From Eledone cirrhosa (taxonomy: Eukaryota): a stretch of DNA of 64,000 bases. A model generated the notes under the pieces. It was given only the letters and a program-made list of their open reading frames with translations. It had not been told where the DNA came from and made no database searches. The position numbers and the translations under genes are program-made. Location: contig OZ024751.1 of the NCBI GenBank assembly GCA_964016885.1, positions 31,744,001 to 31,808,000 of the forward strand. Direction: 5' to 3'. This document shows, one piece after another, positions 33,501-48,400 of this stretch; the first letter of the stretch is position 1; each line of letters starts with the position of its first letter.

Positions 33501-36500
33501 ATTTTTACTTGAAAACAAGTCTATTTAAAGACTACGTAAAACAAGCAAATATTTCGTCGTTAGGCGTGCAGACACAGTCGTGCAGACAGACAGTCGTGCA
33601 GAGAGATGATATACGCGTGCAGACAGATAGTCGTGCAGAGAGGTGATATAGGCGTGCAGACAGACAGTCGTGCAGAGAGGTGATATAGGCGTGCAGACAG
33701 ATAGTCGTGCAGAGAGGTGATATAGGCGTGCAGACAGACATAACTGATAATTTGGTTACGCTAATGTTTTTCTCTGCGTTGCAGTGTTTACATTTTCGAT
33801 CTTTGTTAATAAATAACCAGTGCAGTTTTTATCCCCAGCATCCTCTTTTGTTATAACATTCGGGTTATCGTTATGTTTTCTTAACTTCATAAGGCATATT
33901 GTTGGTTGAGGGAATATTAATCAAAAACACCACATGCAAGTCTGCACAGTAGACACTACAGTTTTTAAGCCCCAAAATAAACTTAACATTGTAACTTTAA
34001 CACAGCTACTGAGCGACCCCGAGCAACGCCGGGCTTTACTGCTAGTCTATCTATCTATCTATCTATATATATAAAACTGTGGTTGTCTGTCTGTCTATCG
34101 ATTTTTGGCACACATCTCCTCTTAGAATCTCTCACGGAATTGCATCGAAATTGCTATACTTGTACATTGAGCCCTAGCGAAGACATCGGAAAAAAAAAAA
34201 TTTCAAATTGACCCACCCTATGTGACGAAATCGAATATAATGTATCGATTTTTGAGCGTAAGTTATCAGTTATTTCCCTTTGTTCTGTTTACATTGAGCG
34301 TCTTACGTAAAAAATTACGCTGGCTTTCTCAGTCTTTGTTAATAAATAACCAGTGCAGTTTTTATCCCCAGCATCCTCTTTTGTTATAACATTCGGGTTA
34401 TCGTTATGTTTTCTTAACTTCATAAGGCATATTGTTGGTTGAGGGAATATTAATCAAAAACACCACATGCAAGTCTGCACAGTAGACACTACAGTTTTTA
34501 AGCCAAAAAAGAAACTTAACATTGTAACTTTAACACAGCTACTGAGCGACCCCGTTTTGCTTCATTTCCATTTAAAAGCATTTTAAAACGATATTTTTAC
34601 TTGAAAACAAGTCTATTTAAAGACTACGTAAAACAAGCAAATATTTCGTCGTTAGGCGTGCAGACAGACAGTCGTGCAGACAGACAGTCGTGCAGACAGA
34701 CAGTCGTGCAGAGAGGTGATATACGCGTGCAGACAGATAGTCGTGCAGAGAGGTGATATAGGCGTGCAGACAGATAGTCGTGCAGAGAGGTGATATAGGC
34801 GTGCAGACAGACATCTGTCTATATATATAAAACTGAAGTTGTCTGTCTGTCTATCGATTTTTGGCACACATCTCTTAGAATCTCTCACGGAATTGCACCG
34901 AAATTGCTATACTTGTACATTGAGCCCTAGCGAAGACATCGGAAAAAAAATATTTCAAATTGACCCGCCCTATCTGACGAAATCGAATATAATGTATCGA
35001 TTTTTGAGCGTAAGTGATCAGTTATTTCCCTTTGTTCTGTTTACATTGAGCGTCTGCGTGCAAAAATTAAAAAAATTACGCTGGCTTTCTCAGCGTTTAA
35101 AATGACATTAACACAATAATTTTTACTTGAAAACAAGTCTATTTAAAGACTACGTAAAACAAGCAAATATTTCGTAAAAAAAAGCAAAAATTATATAAGT
35201 TTATTTAAAATATATGTATCTGTAAATTTCGTTAGGCGTGCAGTCAGTTTTATATATATAGATGATAAACAATAATATCCTCTATGAGGTCACTAAACCT
35301 GCTAGAAACAGCAGCTAACTCTCCCTCATATCACACCACTCCCCACTGTCTTAAATTTAGAAAACACATATCCTCTATGAGGTTACTAAACCTGCTAGAA
35401 ACAGCAGCTAACTCTCCCTCATATCACACCCCTCCCTACTGTCTTAAATTTAGAAAACATATCCTCTATGAGGTCACTAAACCTGCTAGAAACAGCAGCT
35501 AACTCTCCCCATATCACACCCCTCTCTACTGTCTTAAATTTAGAAAACATATCTTCTATGAGGTCACTAAACCTGCTAGAAACAGCAGCTAACTCTCCCT
35601 CATATCACACCACTCCCTACTGTCTTAAATTTAGAAAACATATCCTCTATGAGGTCACTAAACCTGCTAGAAACAGCAGCTAACTCTCCCTCATATCACA
35701 CCCCTCCCTACTGTCTTAAATTTAGAAAACACATATCCTCTATGAGGTCACTAAACCTGCTAGAAACAGCAGCTAACTCTCCCTCATATCACACCACTCC
35801 CTACTGTCTTAAATTTAGAAAACACATATCCTCTATGAGGTCACTAAACCTGCTAGAAACAACAGCTAACTCTCCCTCATATCACAACCCTCCCTACTGT
35901 CTTAAATTTAGAAAACACACAGACAACCATGCAGAACAACTCCATCGCAGCTCTGTTATTCGGCTGGCATCGTCTACTCGCGTGTTGCGCAAGTACTGTG
36001 AAACAATAAATTTCAACACTTTTTTGCACAGAGATAATATCCATAGGCGAAACTACAATTGTCACTGCTGGCGCAGCTCATGCTTCCAGGTCTGCAATTC
36101 ATTCACCCAGTGCCTGGCAGACAAAAAAGTGCTGCAACCTAACTTTGGTAACTTAATGACCCCGAGCAACGCCGGGCTTTAATGCTAGTAACTGATAATT
36201 TGGTTACGCTAATGTTTTTCTCTGCGTTGCAGTGTTTACATTTTCGATCTTTGTTAATAAATAACCAGTGCAGTTTCTATCCCCAGCATCCTCTTTTGTT
36301 ATAACATTCGGGTTATCGTTATGTTTTCTTAACTTCATAAGGCATATTGTTGGTTGAGGGAATATTAATCAAAAACACCACATGCAAGTCTGCACAGTAG
36401 ACACTACAGTTTTTAAGCCAAGAAAGAAACTTAACATTGTAACTTTAACACAGCTACTGAGCGACCCCGAGCAACGCCGGGCTTTACTGCTAGTTATATA

Positions 36501-39419
36501 TATATATATATATAATAAAGATCCGAAGGCATGGTATAAAATAAATTCCAATCATTTTAATCATGACACGTTTCAATAAGAAATAGATCGATCATGTGGC
36601 CATGATCGATTATCACTGATCTTGTCAGGTGAAAATGAATTGTCTTCAAATCCTTGATACGAGGGAGAAAATTTAATGATGTTCACTCACTAGAGTTTTG
36701 TCCCAACTCTAGTGAGTGAACATCGTTAAATTTTCTCCCTCATATCAAGGATTTGAAGGCAATTCATTTTCACCTGACGAGATCAGTGATAATCAATCAT
36801 GGCCACACGGTCGATCTATCTCTTATTGAAACAGGTGTCGTGATTAAAATGATTGGAATTTTAAACCATGCCTTCGGATCTTTATTTTTGATACAAATAC
36901 TCCGTTTTACATCATCTAGCTGTTCCCTTAAATGGAATTGGAGATATACAAAAGCGTGGAGAACTTAATATTGCTAACAAAAATTTATTGGACCGTATGA
37001 CACAACCAATAATACACCTTACTATATATATATACATATACAAAAAGGAAGTACAGCATAATCGAAGCTCTGGTTGCAGCCAAGTTAACGAATGCAGTCG
37101 GGATGTGCTGCTAAGCACTCAATAAGGAATTTTACCTTAGAGTTATAACATTACGTTTAGACAGCTATGCAAATGAAGACAGCGACCGATAAGCTAGCCG
37201 CGAGGACCAGAGCAATAAAAAAAAACTGTCTCAGGGAAAAATGACAGATCTGGATCATCGTGTTGATATTATACAATATCTCCGCTAGGTTTCTGTAAAT
37301 CCGATATATATATATATATATATATATAAATATATATATAAATACTATTCTGGAGATGCAGATATCACAGAAGATATTTGTTGAATCTCTTGAGGTAAAT
37401 ATTAGTTTAAGTTGAATTCATTAACCCTTTTGATACCAAATCATCTGAAACTGACCCTTGTTCTACGATACAAAACCCTTTTGTTTTTAAATTGTTTATA
37501 TTTATCTAAAAGCTGTCGTAATTTTATGTAAGAACTGTTATGTTCGAAATACCTGCTTAATAATGAGAAAGTTACTTATATTACTTAATCCTTCCAAATT
37601 CTTCATTATTTTCAGTATTATTTGAAAATTGTAGGCCGTGAATATACTATACTCTACTAACGTACTGAGTACCTTTGACAGTGGTCGCTTCCCGATTTAC
37701 ATTTTAATTTATTTACCTATTGTTACAAACATATATATACTCGTAAAATTACACGTCCCGATGTTCCTTCCTTTTAAAACACCCCAAAAGATATTTGGCT
37801 GCTATTTCTAGCAGGCTGGATGACTAGGTGGAGGTTTCCATGTGGTGTCTGTCTAAAATATAAACCTCCTTCTCCGATGTGTTGGTCTTACGTCACGTTT
37901 GGTAACATACAGAGAGGGAGGGGAGAATAACAAAGAGATAGGGAGAGAGAGTAACACAGAGAGATAGAGTAGGGGGAGTGAGAAAGTAATAAAGAGAAGC
38001 AGAGTAAAACAGAGAGAGGAGATAGAATGTAACAAAGGGATAGATAGGGAGGGTAAAATTGATTGACAGAGAGAAATAAAACGTGTTGGTTGATTGGGGA
38101 GTTAAATGGCAGATAGTGTAATGAGGGAGGGGGAAAAGAGAGAGAGAGAGATAAAAGGAAGAGCGTGAAAGAGTTAGAGGGGGAGAGAGAAAGGAAACAG
38201 TGAGAAAGAGATAGTAAACGAAGCTAAAGTGACACACATATACCGCAGTAACTGTCGTCTGCCACAAACATCTAATGTTTTTAAAGTTCCTACGAAGTTA
38301 CATTGCTGGCCTTGTGCCAAAAGTAGAAACAGTTATTTATTTTAACCTTTCTTCATTGTTTTTCATTAACAATGTTTTAGTAAAGAGTTATAAATGTTAT
38401 TATGGCGAATATGTTCGTGTTCTTAGTCTGCTTTTATATATTCATTTTATTGAAGATATTTTTAGCTGGTAGTAAAAACTTGGTGTCATTATGTCGTAAA
38501 TTTTTTAACCAATTCGTGTAACAGTCAAGGGGAGAGAAATCGTGCAGGGCCCCTGCTGTATAGATATGATTTATTTTCCTTTAGCTATAAAATTGATTTG
38601 ATTTTACTAAAAATTATACATTCGAGGTGCCGGTTATACGCGGAATTTTTCTTAGAACCTAACCAATAATTGTTCGTGGAAACCACCGTAAATATCTTCC
38701 GCGATTTTTTAATGGTTTTTTTCGTGGCAATGTATATTTTTTTAACACTAAATTATTAATAACAATATATCATATTTGCCGGCCCATTGGACGCCCCTTC
38801 GCATAAGACATTCCCTCTTTTTTTAAAATTATATTTTACGTTATATTTTGACGTTTATAGGCATTTTTATGGACCATGTCCAATATTCGTGTTTTTTCAC
38901 TCTTTGCGGGTGCTCTAGGAATGTAACACTGTGAATACTGAGGGACACCTGTATTCCAGTGGTTTCCTCTTCATTGTAGAAAATATTTCACCATTTTTAC
39001 AGTTGTATGGTTCTGCAGTGAGAGGGATTTGTCGTGGCCATGGTCTGTAAATGTGTTTCCTGAGCTGTGGTCTGCTGAATGACCAGTCCTTCCCCACTAT
39101 GGTGCAACATTGTGAATGGGGTTCCTGAGTTGTGGGTCCACTGTGTGAATGGTTTGGCATGACCAACAGGCCTGGCCCTCTGCATAGTGGTATCATCCAG
39201 TACTGGGCTCCAAAACTATGGTACCGCTGTGAGATGGGTTTGGCACGGCCAACTGGTCTCATAACAGAGCCATCCAGCTGTAAAATACCCAGCCAAATTT
39301 ACAGTCCTCTTCGGAGCAAGGTATAGCATGGCCAACTCTGGCCAGACTTGTTTCCCAATGTGGACGACCCGTCTAACCCATGCAAGCATGGAAAAATGGA
39401 CGCTAAACGGTGATGATGA

Positions 39420-39457
<38 letters not shown>

Positions 39458-42400
39458 TGGCTGCCAACTCGTTTTCGAGTACGGCCACTACTTTATATCC
39501 ATGTAGGAGAACCCCTACCGATGCGCTGAACGAGTGTGACTTTTGAGTCCAGCCAGCGACTTGAAAACTCTGGTACAAACACTACACCTGTGACAATTAT
39601 TGACACACAGTGCAGGGCCCATGGTACCATGTGATGACAAGTGCAGAGAGATCTCCAGATATAAAGCAATGCCTGTGCCGTGAAGCTTTTATAGTGAGCA
39701 AAGGCATTGCACAAAGCCAGTCCCACTCTCTTAACCAAGATGATATTTACCAAAAAGAAGAACAAGTCAACATCATTGGATACCATCAGGGTTGCAGGTG
39801 TTATATCAGAGTTTTCCTTCTCCTAGAATTCTGCCTTGACAAAGGCTAAGGGGTCATCTCTCCCGGTGATTTTGGAAGGCCATTGACTCTTAAGAGCTCC
39901 TTTGCCCTTTGACAGGTTTTGTTTTTAGTCCTGCAGGATGTCCAAAGTCACCCTCCTCACCAAGAAACCTTGGTGGGGTTGCCAGTTTAGTCGCCAACGA
40001 CCCGACCATGAGACATATATACATACATACATACATACATACATACACACATGGTGTATTATCATAGTTAAAACAAATAATCAGTGTGCTTTAGAAAATC
40101 TTATCTTTTTTTCAGTCCGACTTGAGAAGAACAGACTAAAATATGTTAAAGAAGCTCTCAATAGTCGTTCCAATTCTTACCAACTTTCAGACAAAGTAAG
40201 TTATTGTTTAGTCCCAAGTAAGACCTGTCCAAATAGACCTATGATTAAAGATGTTATTGTCATTGTAGCTGTTGTTGTTTAGCCCCCAGTAAGAACTGAT
40301 CAAACAGTCCCATGATCAAAGTTCAGGTCCTTTATTGATGGTTATAGAATATCTATTTTAAAAACATTTTGTTACATCTTAGTAAAGTCATTATTTAACA
40401 CATGTGGGAGTGCTGGTGCCATGAAAAAATGCTCCCAGTACACTCTGTAATGTGGTTGGCATAAGGAAGGGCATCCAACCATAGAAACGATGCCCAAAAT
40501 GGACTTATGTGTTAAATATGTTCATAGCCACAAAACATAACCCATCTAACTCGTGCAAACATGGAAAATAAACACTAAATGATCAATATTAAGATGACAC
40601 ACTCTCACTCACTATTGAATTAATTATTTTATTTTTTCACCCAACCCTGTCCAGGAATTGAACCCACAACATTATGATTGTAAGTCCAATACTCTGACCA
40701 CTTGGCCCACAGGCTTATGCATTTAAAGGGTTCCAACATAAAATCTTCCAACAATTTTATGTAAGAACCTTTTGTTAAGTTATATTACAAATACCATCTT
40801 AATGAAATAATTTCATTAATTAATTCAAATACTCTATATACGGTATATACTTGAATATAAACCAAGGAATATGTAACCAGAAAATCAATGGTAGAAGGAA
40901 GTCAACTTATGTTTTGAGTCAATATTTTGACGATTTTCACCCACTTTAAATCTTATGTAAATAAGGTTTGTATTTTTGTTCATTTCTCAGACATAAAATA
41001 GCAAGTATATACAGTATTTCATTAGAAATATGGTAACGAAAAGGTTATCTGGTTATATTTTCTCTTATTTTAGCTCCTTCGGCTAGCAAAATTATTGCGT
41101 GTGTCAGATGATGCAGAAATCGAGGGCCAAGTGTATCAATTAATTGCAGAAAAGGCTTTGGATGTAAGTATAAATATTTTCTTGTTATTTTGGCTTAACT
41201 TATGTTGAAATTTATGATTCATGTTGTCAGGAGCTCTTCCATTTGTAAAGTCCTAAGTTAACAGTGTGGTTAAGTAATGTTGGTAAATATAGGTACTGGT
41301 TTAGTAATGTTGGTAGATATAGGTACTGGTTTAGTTATGTTGGTAGATATAGGTACTGGTTTAGTTATGTTGGTAGATATAGGTACTGGTTTAATTATGT
41401 TGGTAGATATAGGTACTGGTTTAACAATGTTGGTAAATATAAGTACTGATTTAACAATGTTGGCATATATAGGTACTGGTTTAACAATGTTGGTAGATAT
41501 AGGTACTGGTTTAGTTATGTTGGTAGATATAGGTACTGGTTTAACAATGTATACATACAAACATGTTTGAGATACACATATGAACATATTGAGATACACA
41601 TTATGAACATATAAAATCCTTTGTTTTCTAGGCTAAAGACTATATGCGGGCTTATTATGCTTGCTCTCGGCTGATGGAAAAATCTTATCCGCCAGCATGG
41701 AGTGTTTGTATGGACCTCTCCCAGAATGGTAACTGTGTATTAGGAACACGGTAAGACATTTACTTTTTCTAATTAATGGCTTCTATTTTGGTAAAAAATT
41801 CCTTAATTTTTTATACCAATGCTCATGTCCACCCCTGGTTCTATCAAATAAAACCATTTATATTAAAGGGTTCCTATATAAATTAAGATCTTCCAACATT
41901 TCACTTATCTTTGTAGAATTGAACTTTTGGACTTTGCTTTAACTTATTGTGAGCCGAACCAGATACAGTCTATTCTTGATGCAAAAGCACTCATAGACAT
42001 CCAGGTAACTCTTCTATATGTAACTATTGCTGTATTTTTGGAGGGTGAGCGTGATGTTGTTTCTGAAGATGATGTAAATAGAACAAAATTAAAACAATGA
42101 GAGAGGACAAAGAAGAACATCAATAAGTGGTCACAGTTTAAGTCTTTGTGGGGTTAACGTCTTTCATCCTTCTGTGAGTGATAAAATAAAGTACCAGTCA
42201 TGTACTGGGGTAAATACAAACGATTTGTGCCAATACTAGAATTAATAATGGTTTCTGATTTAGGTACAACGCCAGCAATGTTAGAGGAGGGTAAAGTCGA
42301 TTAGATCGACTCCAGTGCATTACTGGTACTTTATTTTATCAACCCTGTTAGGATGAAAGGCAAAGCTAACCATGGCGGGATTTGAACACAGAATGTAAAA

Positions 42401-45400
42401 GGCCGTAAATATATGCTGCAAAGCATATCCTTGGACACTCTACCGATACTGCCACTCCACCATATTAGAAATAATAATAATTATTAGTAGTAATAATAAT
42501 TATCATTACTACAGATTTACAGAATTGTTAATTCATCAGACAATGCGCTTTGGGGTATTTAGTTATGGCCCTTTAAGTTCTGCATTCAAATCCTGTCATG
42601 GTCAACATTGTCTTTCATCCTTCTGGGGTCAATAAAATAAAGTACCAATAATGATATAATCAACTTTCCTTTCTCTCACTGAAATTTCTGGCCTTGTGCC
42701 TAAATTAGAAATTGCTATATGTCTGTGTATGTAAATAGATGTGTATGTATGTATGTGTATGTAAATATGATTGTGTGTGTGTGTATGTATGTTTGTATAT
42801 GTCCATGTAATCAATTATATTGTCATCCACTTCTTGTCTTTAACAGTTGCTTTATGACCAAGTTTGTGCAGAATTTGGTACGGTGTCCTGTCCTGAAGAA
42901 AAACCTTCAAGTATGGTAGACAGTACCACCAGTGATAATGGGATGCCAGAGTTTTTCACCCCTGAACAGAGCCCCCAAACTTCAATGCATGTCCTCAATC
43001 AGACAAAGGACATTTTACTTAGTACAGGTGAATTAACGAAAGGTATGTTGTCCACGGTTACAGATGTGAAATGGTGGCACCACACCATTCATAACCTTGT
43101 AAAAATGGTTCCCGTTCAACGCTTTAATTCTGCCAAGGAACAGTTCTCTGATGGTGAACAGATATGGAACTTTGAAAAGCAAGCATGCCATCCTTTTTAT
43201 GAAGAAATCATTGAAAATTGTGCAGTTGATAAGGTATATAAATATTTATCATTTAATATCTTGAAATTCTTCTTTATATTTATCTATTTTATTTGTTAGT
43301 CTAAGGGAAACAGAACCCTTACTATTAGCAGTCTATATCTGATTGATGTTGACACATCATGGCTGAGTGGTTTAAGTGGTTTGCTTTGTAATCATTAGGT
43401 CTCAGGTTCAGTTCTTTTGTGTGACATCTTGGCCAAGTGTCATTTACAATAGCCATGGGTCAACCCATGGTTTGACAGTGAAATTGGGTAGACAGAAACT
43501 GTGTGGAAGCCCATCAGATAGACTGTACCTGTAATTCAGAGGGCCAACCTTAACACACACTATGACATGCTGAATCTGTCTGAGAATTACTTTCATGGTA
43601 CACATGTGTGTGGAATACATGTTAATTTTATAAGCAGGCTTGTCTGTTAATTGAACAAGTGGAACACTCATCATTAGGCCCATCGATATTATTGCTAAAA
43701 ATATGTTAACTTAGCATTGATTGGCTGAAATTCTCCTAAAAGTACTGTCATATTTGGGGCTGTAGGGAATGATGTTGTTATCTTGGTTGTGATTGGTTGG
43801 AAGTCTCCCTAAAGATATTGTGTCATGTTTGGAGCTGAAAGTAATGAAAGTTTTTTTTTTAATGGTTTATTTGTAGAAAGTTGCAAACTTTGAAACATTT
43901 GAACACCATGTTCCTGCTCTAGTAGAAACTAGTGACATAGTTCTCCGAACGGCGAAATTAAAGGAGACTCTTACAGAAGGGAAAGAATACATGCCTGCTA
44001 CAGAAGGTACTATATCAATTTATTTCTTACATATAATAACATCACTTGTATTGGCCAACACTGATATTTTTTATATCATATTTCTTGCAATATCCTCATT
44101 GTACTTTGCTTATGCTTGGGTCCCAAATAATAGGTGGTGGCTTGGACATTTGCTTAAATTCTTATAAGCAGAGGGGTGTTGGAAAATTGGTAATTGTATA
44201 GTGTATGTTCGTAAATATGGGATTTTTTGTAATGTTCTTTTTTTGTCATATATAATGTTTTATATTGGTCCCATAAAACCCACTTCGTGTGGTACATCCT
44301 TGTGTTGTCTCCGACAACTGAAAAGCAATGCCTATTGATTTATTTTATTTGACTAGTTTGAAGAATTAAGATGGTTGAGAAGGCCATGAACATCACAAAT
44401 TCATATTCATCTTCTCTTGTAATTGTAACTAGTTTAAGGAACTTATTCAATATTTTTGTTTGTTTGTATTCCAGTGCTTTTGAAACTTGCTGGTGCTACT
44501 ATTACAACAGATTTTTCATTGGGTCTTGCTTATCTTCTAGCTTTACCTAATGTAAGTATGTTTGATCCTGTTAAACTTTCAATGTCCTGCACCACATGAA
44601 ACATCATTAGTATGACATTCTTGAAATAAATAAAATATTACTATGACTGCATCATATAAAAAATTAAAACCTTTACTCTAATAATGCAAATTTTCACTAT
44701 AAATATTTATAAATATTTTGATTAACAAACCTGTTGTTAGATATTTTCTGCTAAAAGTATGATAGAATGTAAAGAGTTAATGTGTGTTTACTGATCGGTG
44801 TTTGTCATTTTTCAGATTGAAGATGCTGACCAGTGTTTTTCTCAGTTACCTAATACTACACTGTCCATTCAACTGGCTGAGTACTACTACTCTCTGCAAC
44901 TGTATAACTATATGCTACCCCAGATTGATGGTCAAATGGCTGAGGTTTTTAAACATCCTCCCAGAGTTGTTGTTGATACTGTCGAAGTGTTCCTATCACA
45001 CAAACCTACATTACCAGCAGCTATTCAGAAATGTGTTGAGAGACTAAATTATTATAAAAACCTAATAAAAGACCATGCCCAAGCCAGGTTCCTTCGAGGG
45101 TTAGGAAGAGGTGAGTTCTTTCCATCTTTCATATTTCTACTAATGGGAAGAATTTGGGCTGGAAAAATTAAAAAAAAATTTTTTTTATTGATTATCTGAA
45201 GGCATGTAAGGGCTGGAGAGAAATGATGTGAGCATGCTTTAACTTGTTGACTGCCATGTATATTTTACACTGTTACAGTTGCTGTGACGTTTTATTTTCT
45301 CAGTAAATTGAAGTTATGAGTTATCTCGTCCATGGCACTGGAATGCATACATGTTAAGACGAGTTATCTTGTCTACGGCACCGAAGAGGTTACTGGATGT

Positions 45401-48400
45401 GTAATGTTAATGTGTGTGAACAATGAAGCTTCGATGAGCTGAGAAAAAACTGGATATAATTATTATTAAGCATAGAGTTACGGCCATTTACGTTCTGAGT
45501 TCAAATCCTGCTGAGGTTAACTTTGTCTTTCATCTTTACGGGATCGATAAAATAAAGCACCAGTAATACACTGGGGGTCGATTTAATTGACTTTCCCCGC
45601 CCCCCAAAATGACTGCCTTGTGTCTATACTAGAAATCATTATTATTGACTTTGCCTTTCATCCTTACGGGGTCGATAAAATAAAGTACCAGTAATGCAGT
45701 GGGTAATTACTGGCCTTGTGCCTAAAGTAGAAACAATTATTATTATGATTAGTAGTAGTAATAATCATATTTTTTTCTTTCTTGTTCGATCAAGAAGTTT
45801 CTCATATTTATCTAAAAACGTTTATTATACAGGTGTCGACATACAAAGATTCACAGAAGACAAGGCTTACAAACAGGAAACAATTCTTGGATTAGCTATG
45901 TGAGTTATTGGATTATGTTTTTGTGTTTTTAAATTATTACTGCCACATCCTTTTGTTTTTGTTGTAAACAAACCCCTTTTTTATAGCCACACCCCTTTAT
46001 TTTGTTGGAAGCACCTTTATTGATTCAGTTCTTCCTAAAATCCACGCATTGATAACAACAACAACAACAGTATTGTAATGTTAACATGGAACAGAAACAA
46101 AACCAATGATATTAAAACATATAACTAACTTCAGTAGCAACAACAACAACAACAATTGTTTTCAAGGCCCTACTACGAGGGCATCAAGTTGAAGTAATTT
46201 TAAAGATCCAATCAATAAAACTTTGACATTTCTATTTTCAGGACCAATGAAGCTGATGTGTTCAATATTGCAATATCTCTAGCAGACCGCTATAATTTAT
46301 CCCAGTGGGAAGTTTACATGACACACTTAGAATTCCTTTTTTGTGAAAGTGGGTAAGTCAGATTAACTTTGTAGGGTTTTTTTCTTTAAAAAAAAAAAGT
46401 TAAACCCTGTTCCAAGCTTGGAGGCTCACTGGGTTGGTGTTTCTGCCAGTTTTCATTGGCATTAAGCAACTGAGTATACAAGACTTCTCCTCCAGGACAG
46501 GACACCAGTCCATCGCAGGGTTAAAATCCCAGCAACAGCTGGTGTTCATTTTAAGCTAAGTATACTAGAGCAACATGGAATAAAGTGTTTTGCTCAAGAA
46601 TCAATGATGGTCCTTTAATGTATTAAATATTTCAGTTTTCAGACAAAAAAACATTAAGAATTTTCTCTAATTTTTAATGTGATGCAGTCATAGTACTGTT
46701 TTGAACTTTTTATGAATGTCTTGCTAATGTGGTTTGATGAAGTACAGGATGTTAAGAGTTAATACTTAATCTTGGTAAGATTATTCATTCAGTTTTATAT
46801 TTACTGTAAAACAATAATTTAATTTTTATTTTTATTTTTCAGACTTAATACAAACGTCTTAATGAAGCGTGTTGAAAGTGCGTCATTATTACCAACATTA
46901 CTTGAAAGCTATGAGCAGTTTCTTCAACGTATGCAGGACTATGTCTATCCTTTCATTGAGGGCGAAGACCATTCACGTCTCATCTATTACTATTCATTAT
47001 TTAGTAAAAAAGAAACTGAACACTGGTGGGGTGAAGGCGTTAAACCATCCGTCCATGTAAATCTGCTCAAGAAATTGCGTCCCATTGCTCCAGGTATGGG
47101 ATCCTTGTTTTCTTCTTTCTTTTATTCTCCCAGAATGTGATGTACTGGCTTGCATTATGGGCAACTGATCCAAAGGTAGGAATGAATATCCTACCATAGA
47201 TATTAACCCATTTCGTACCAAACCACCAGGTAAATGCACCCGGTTCATTCTGTAAATTGGTTGGTGACACAAAGGGAACCCAGCTGTAGAAAACCTGTTA
47301 AACATGACGATCTCTCTAGTGTTTGTGATCTAGATAAATGTACTCAGTCCACTCTGTAAAATGATAGTATTAGTGCCACAACAAAATGCTCCCAGTACAG
47401 CCTGTAAGCTGGTTGATGTTAAGAAGAGCATCCAACCATAGATTCCTCATATGTTCCATATCAGACACAGAATCTATGGTCGGATGCTCTTCCTAACATC
47501 AACCAGCTTATAGGGTCTGCTTTTGAACCATGACAACCCAACCAACCTGTGCCAGCATGGACAATAGACATAAAACAATGATGATGATGATAATGATATT
47601 TGAAATTGTCAGGTTATAAGTTATATTTTATAATAAAGACATTTATCATCTCTAGGTTTAGACTACAAACTGCTAATGACAAGTGAAGACCCTCTTGTAA
47701 GTGTGATCCAGCCAGTCCTCAGCAAAGAAAATGTGAACACAATTGCAAAACTAGCTTCAAAAATACCAAACAAGGTTAGTTTTAAATAGCATTGTACCTG
47801 TTGTATTTAAAGTAATACATGAAACCTTCAACAACACTTTTGATACCAGCCTAGCCAACATCTGGCCCTGGTAGTGCTGGTACCATGACAAAAAACACCC
47901 AGTCCACCCTGTAAGGTGGTCTTGCTAGTGCCAAAAAAAAAACTCCCAGTCAATCATGTAAGGTGGTAGTGATGGTACCATGACTAAAAGCATCCTGTCT
48001 ACCCTGTAAAGTGATAGTGGTGGTACTATGAGTAAAAACATCCACTCTACCTTGTGAGGTGGTAGTGCTGGTACCATGATAAAAAACCCCCCCACTCAGT
48101 CCACCCTGTAAGGTGATTGTGCTGGTGCTATGATGAAAGCACCCAGTCCACTCTGTAAAGTGGTAGTACTGGTGTTACAACAAAAAGCACCTAGTCTACT
48201 CTATACTGGTAGTGGTGGTAGGGTAGTGGTGATGATGATGATGATGAGGGTGATGATGGTGGTGATAATGATGATGGTGATTGTTTATTGTAGATTTTGT
48301 AACGTTGTTGTTGTTTTCTTCAGAGTGGTGGTTTTATCCGACCTGGTATGGTGTATTCTGTGTGGGCAGCTAAATCATTCTGGAATGCTAAAGAAAATCG

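Noticed and set aside
35284-36182. Repeated ORFs MRSLNLLETAANSPSY
   Set aside because: Translations of the 90-bp tandem repeat, with frames shifting between units.
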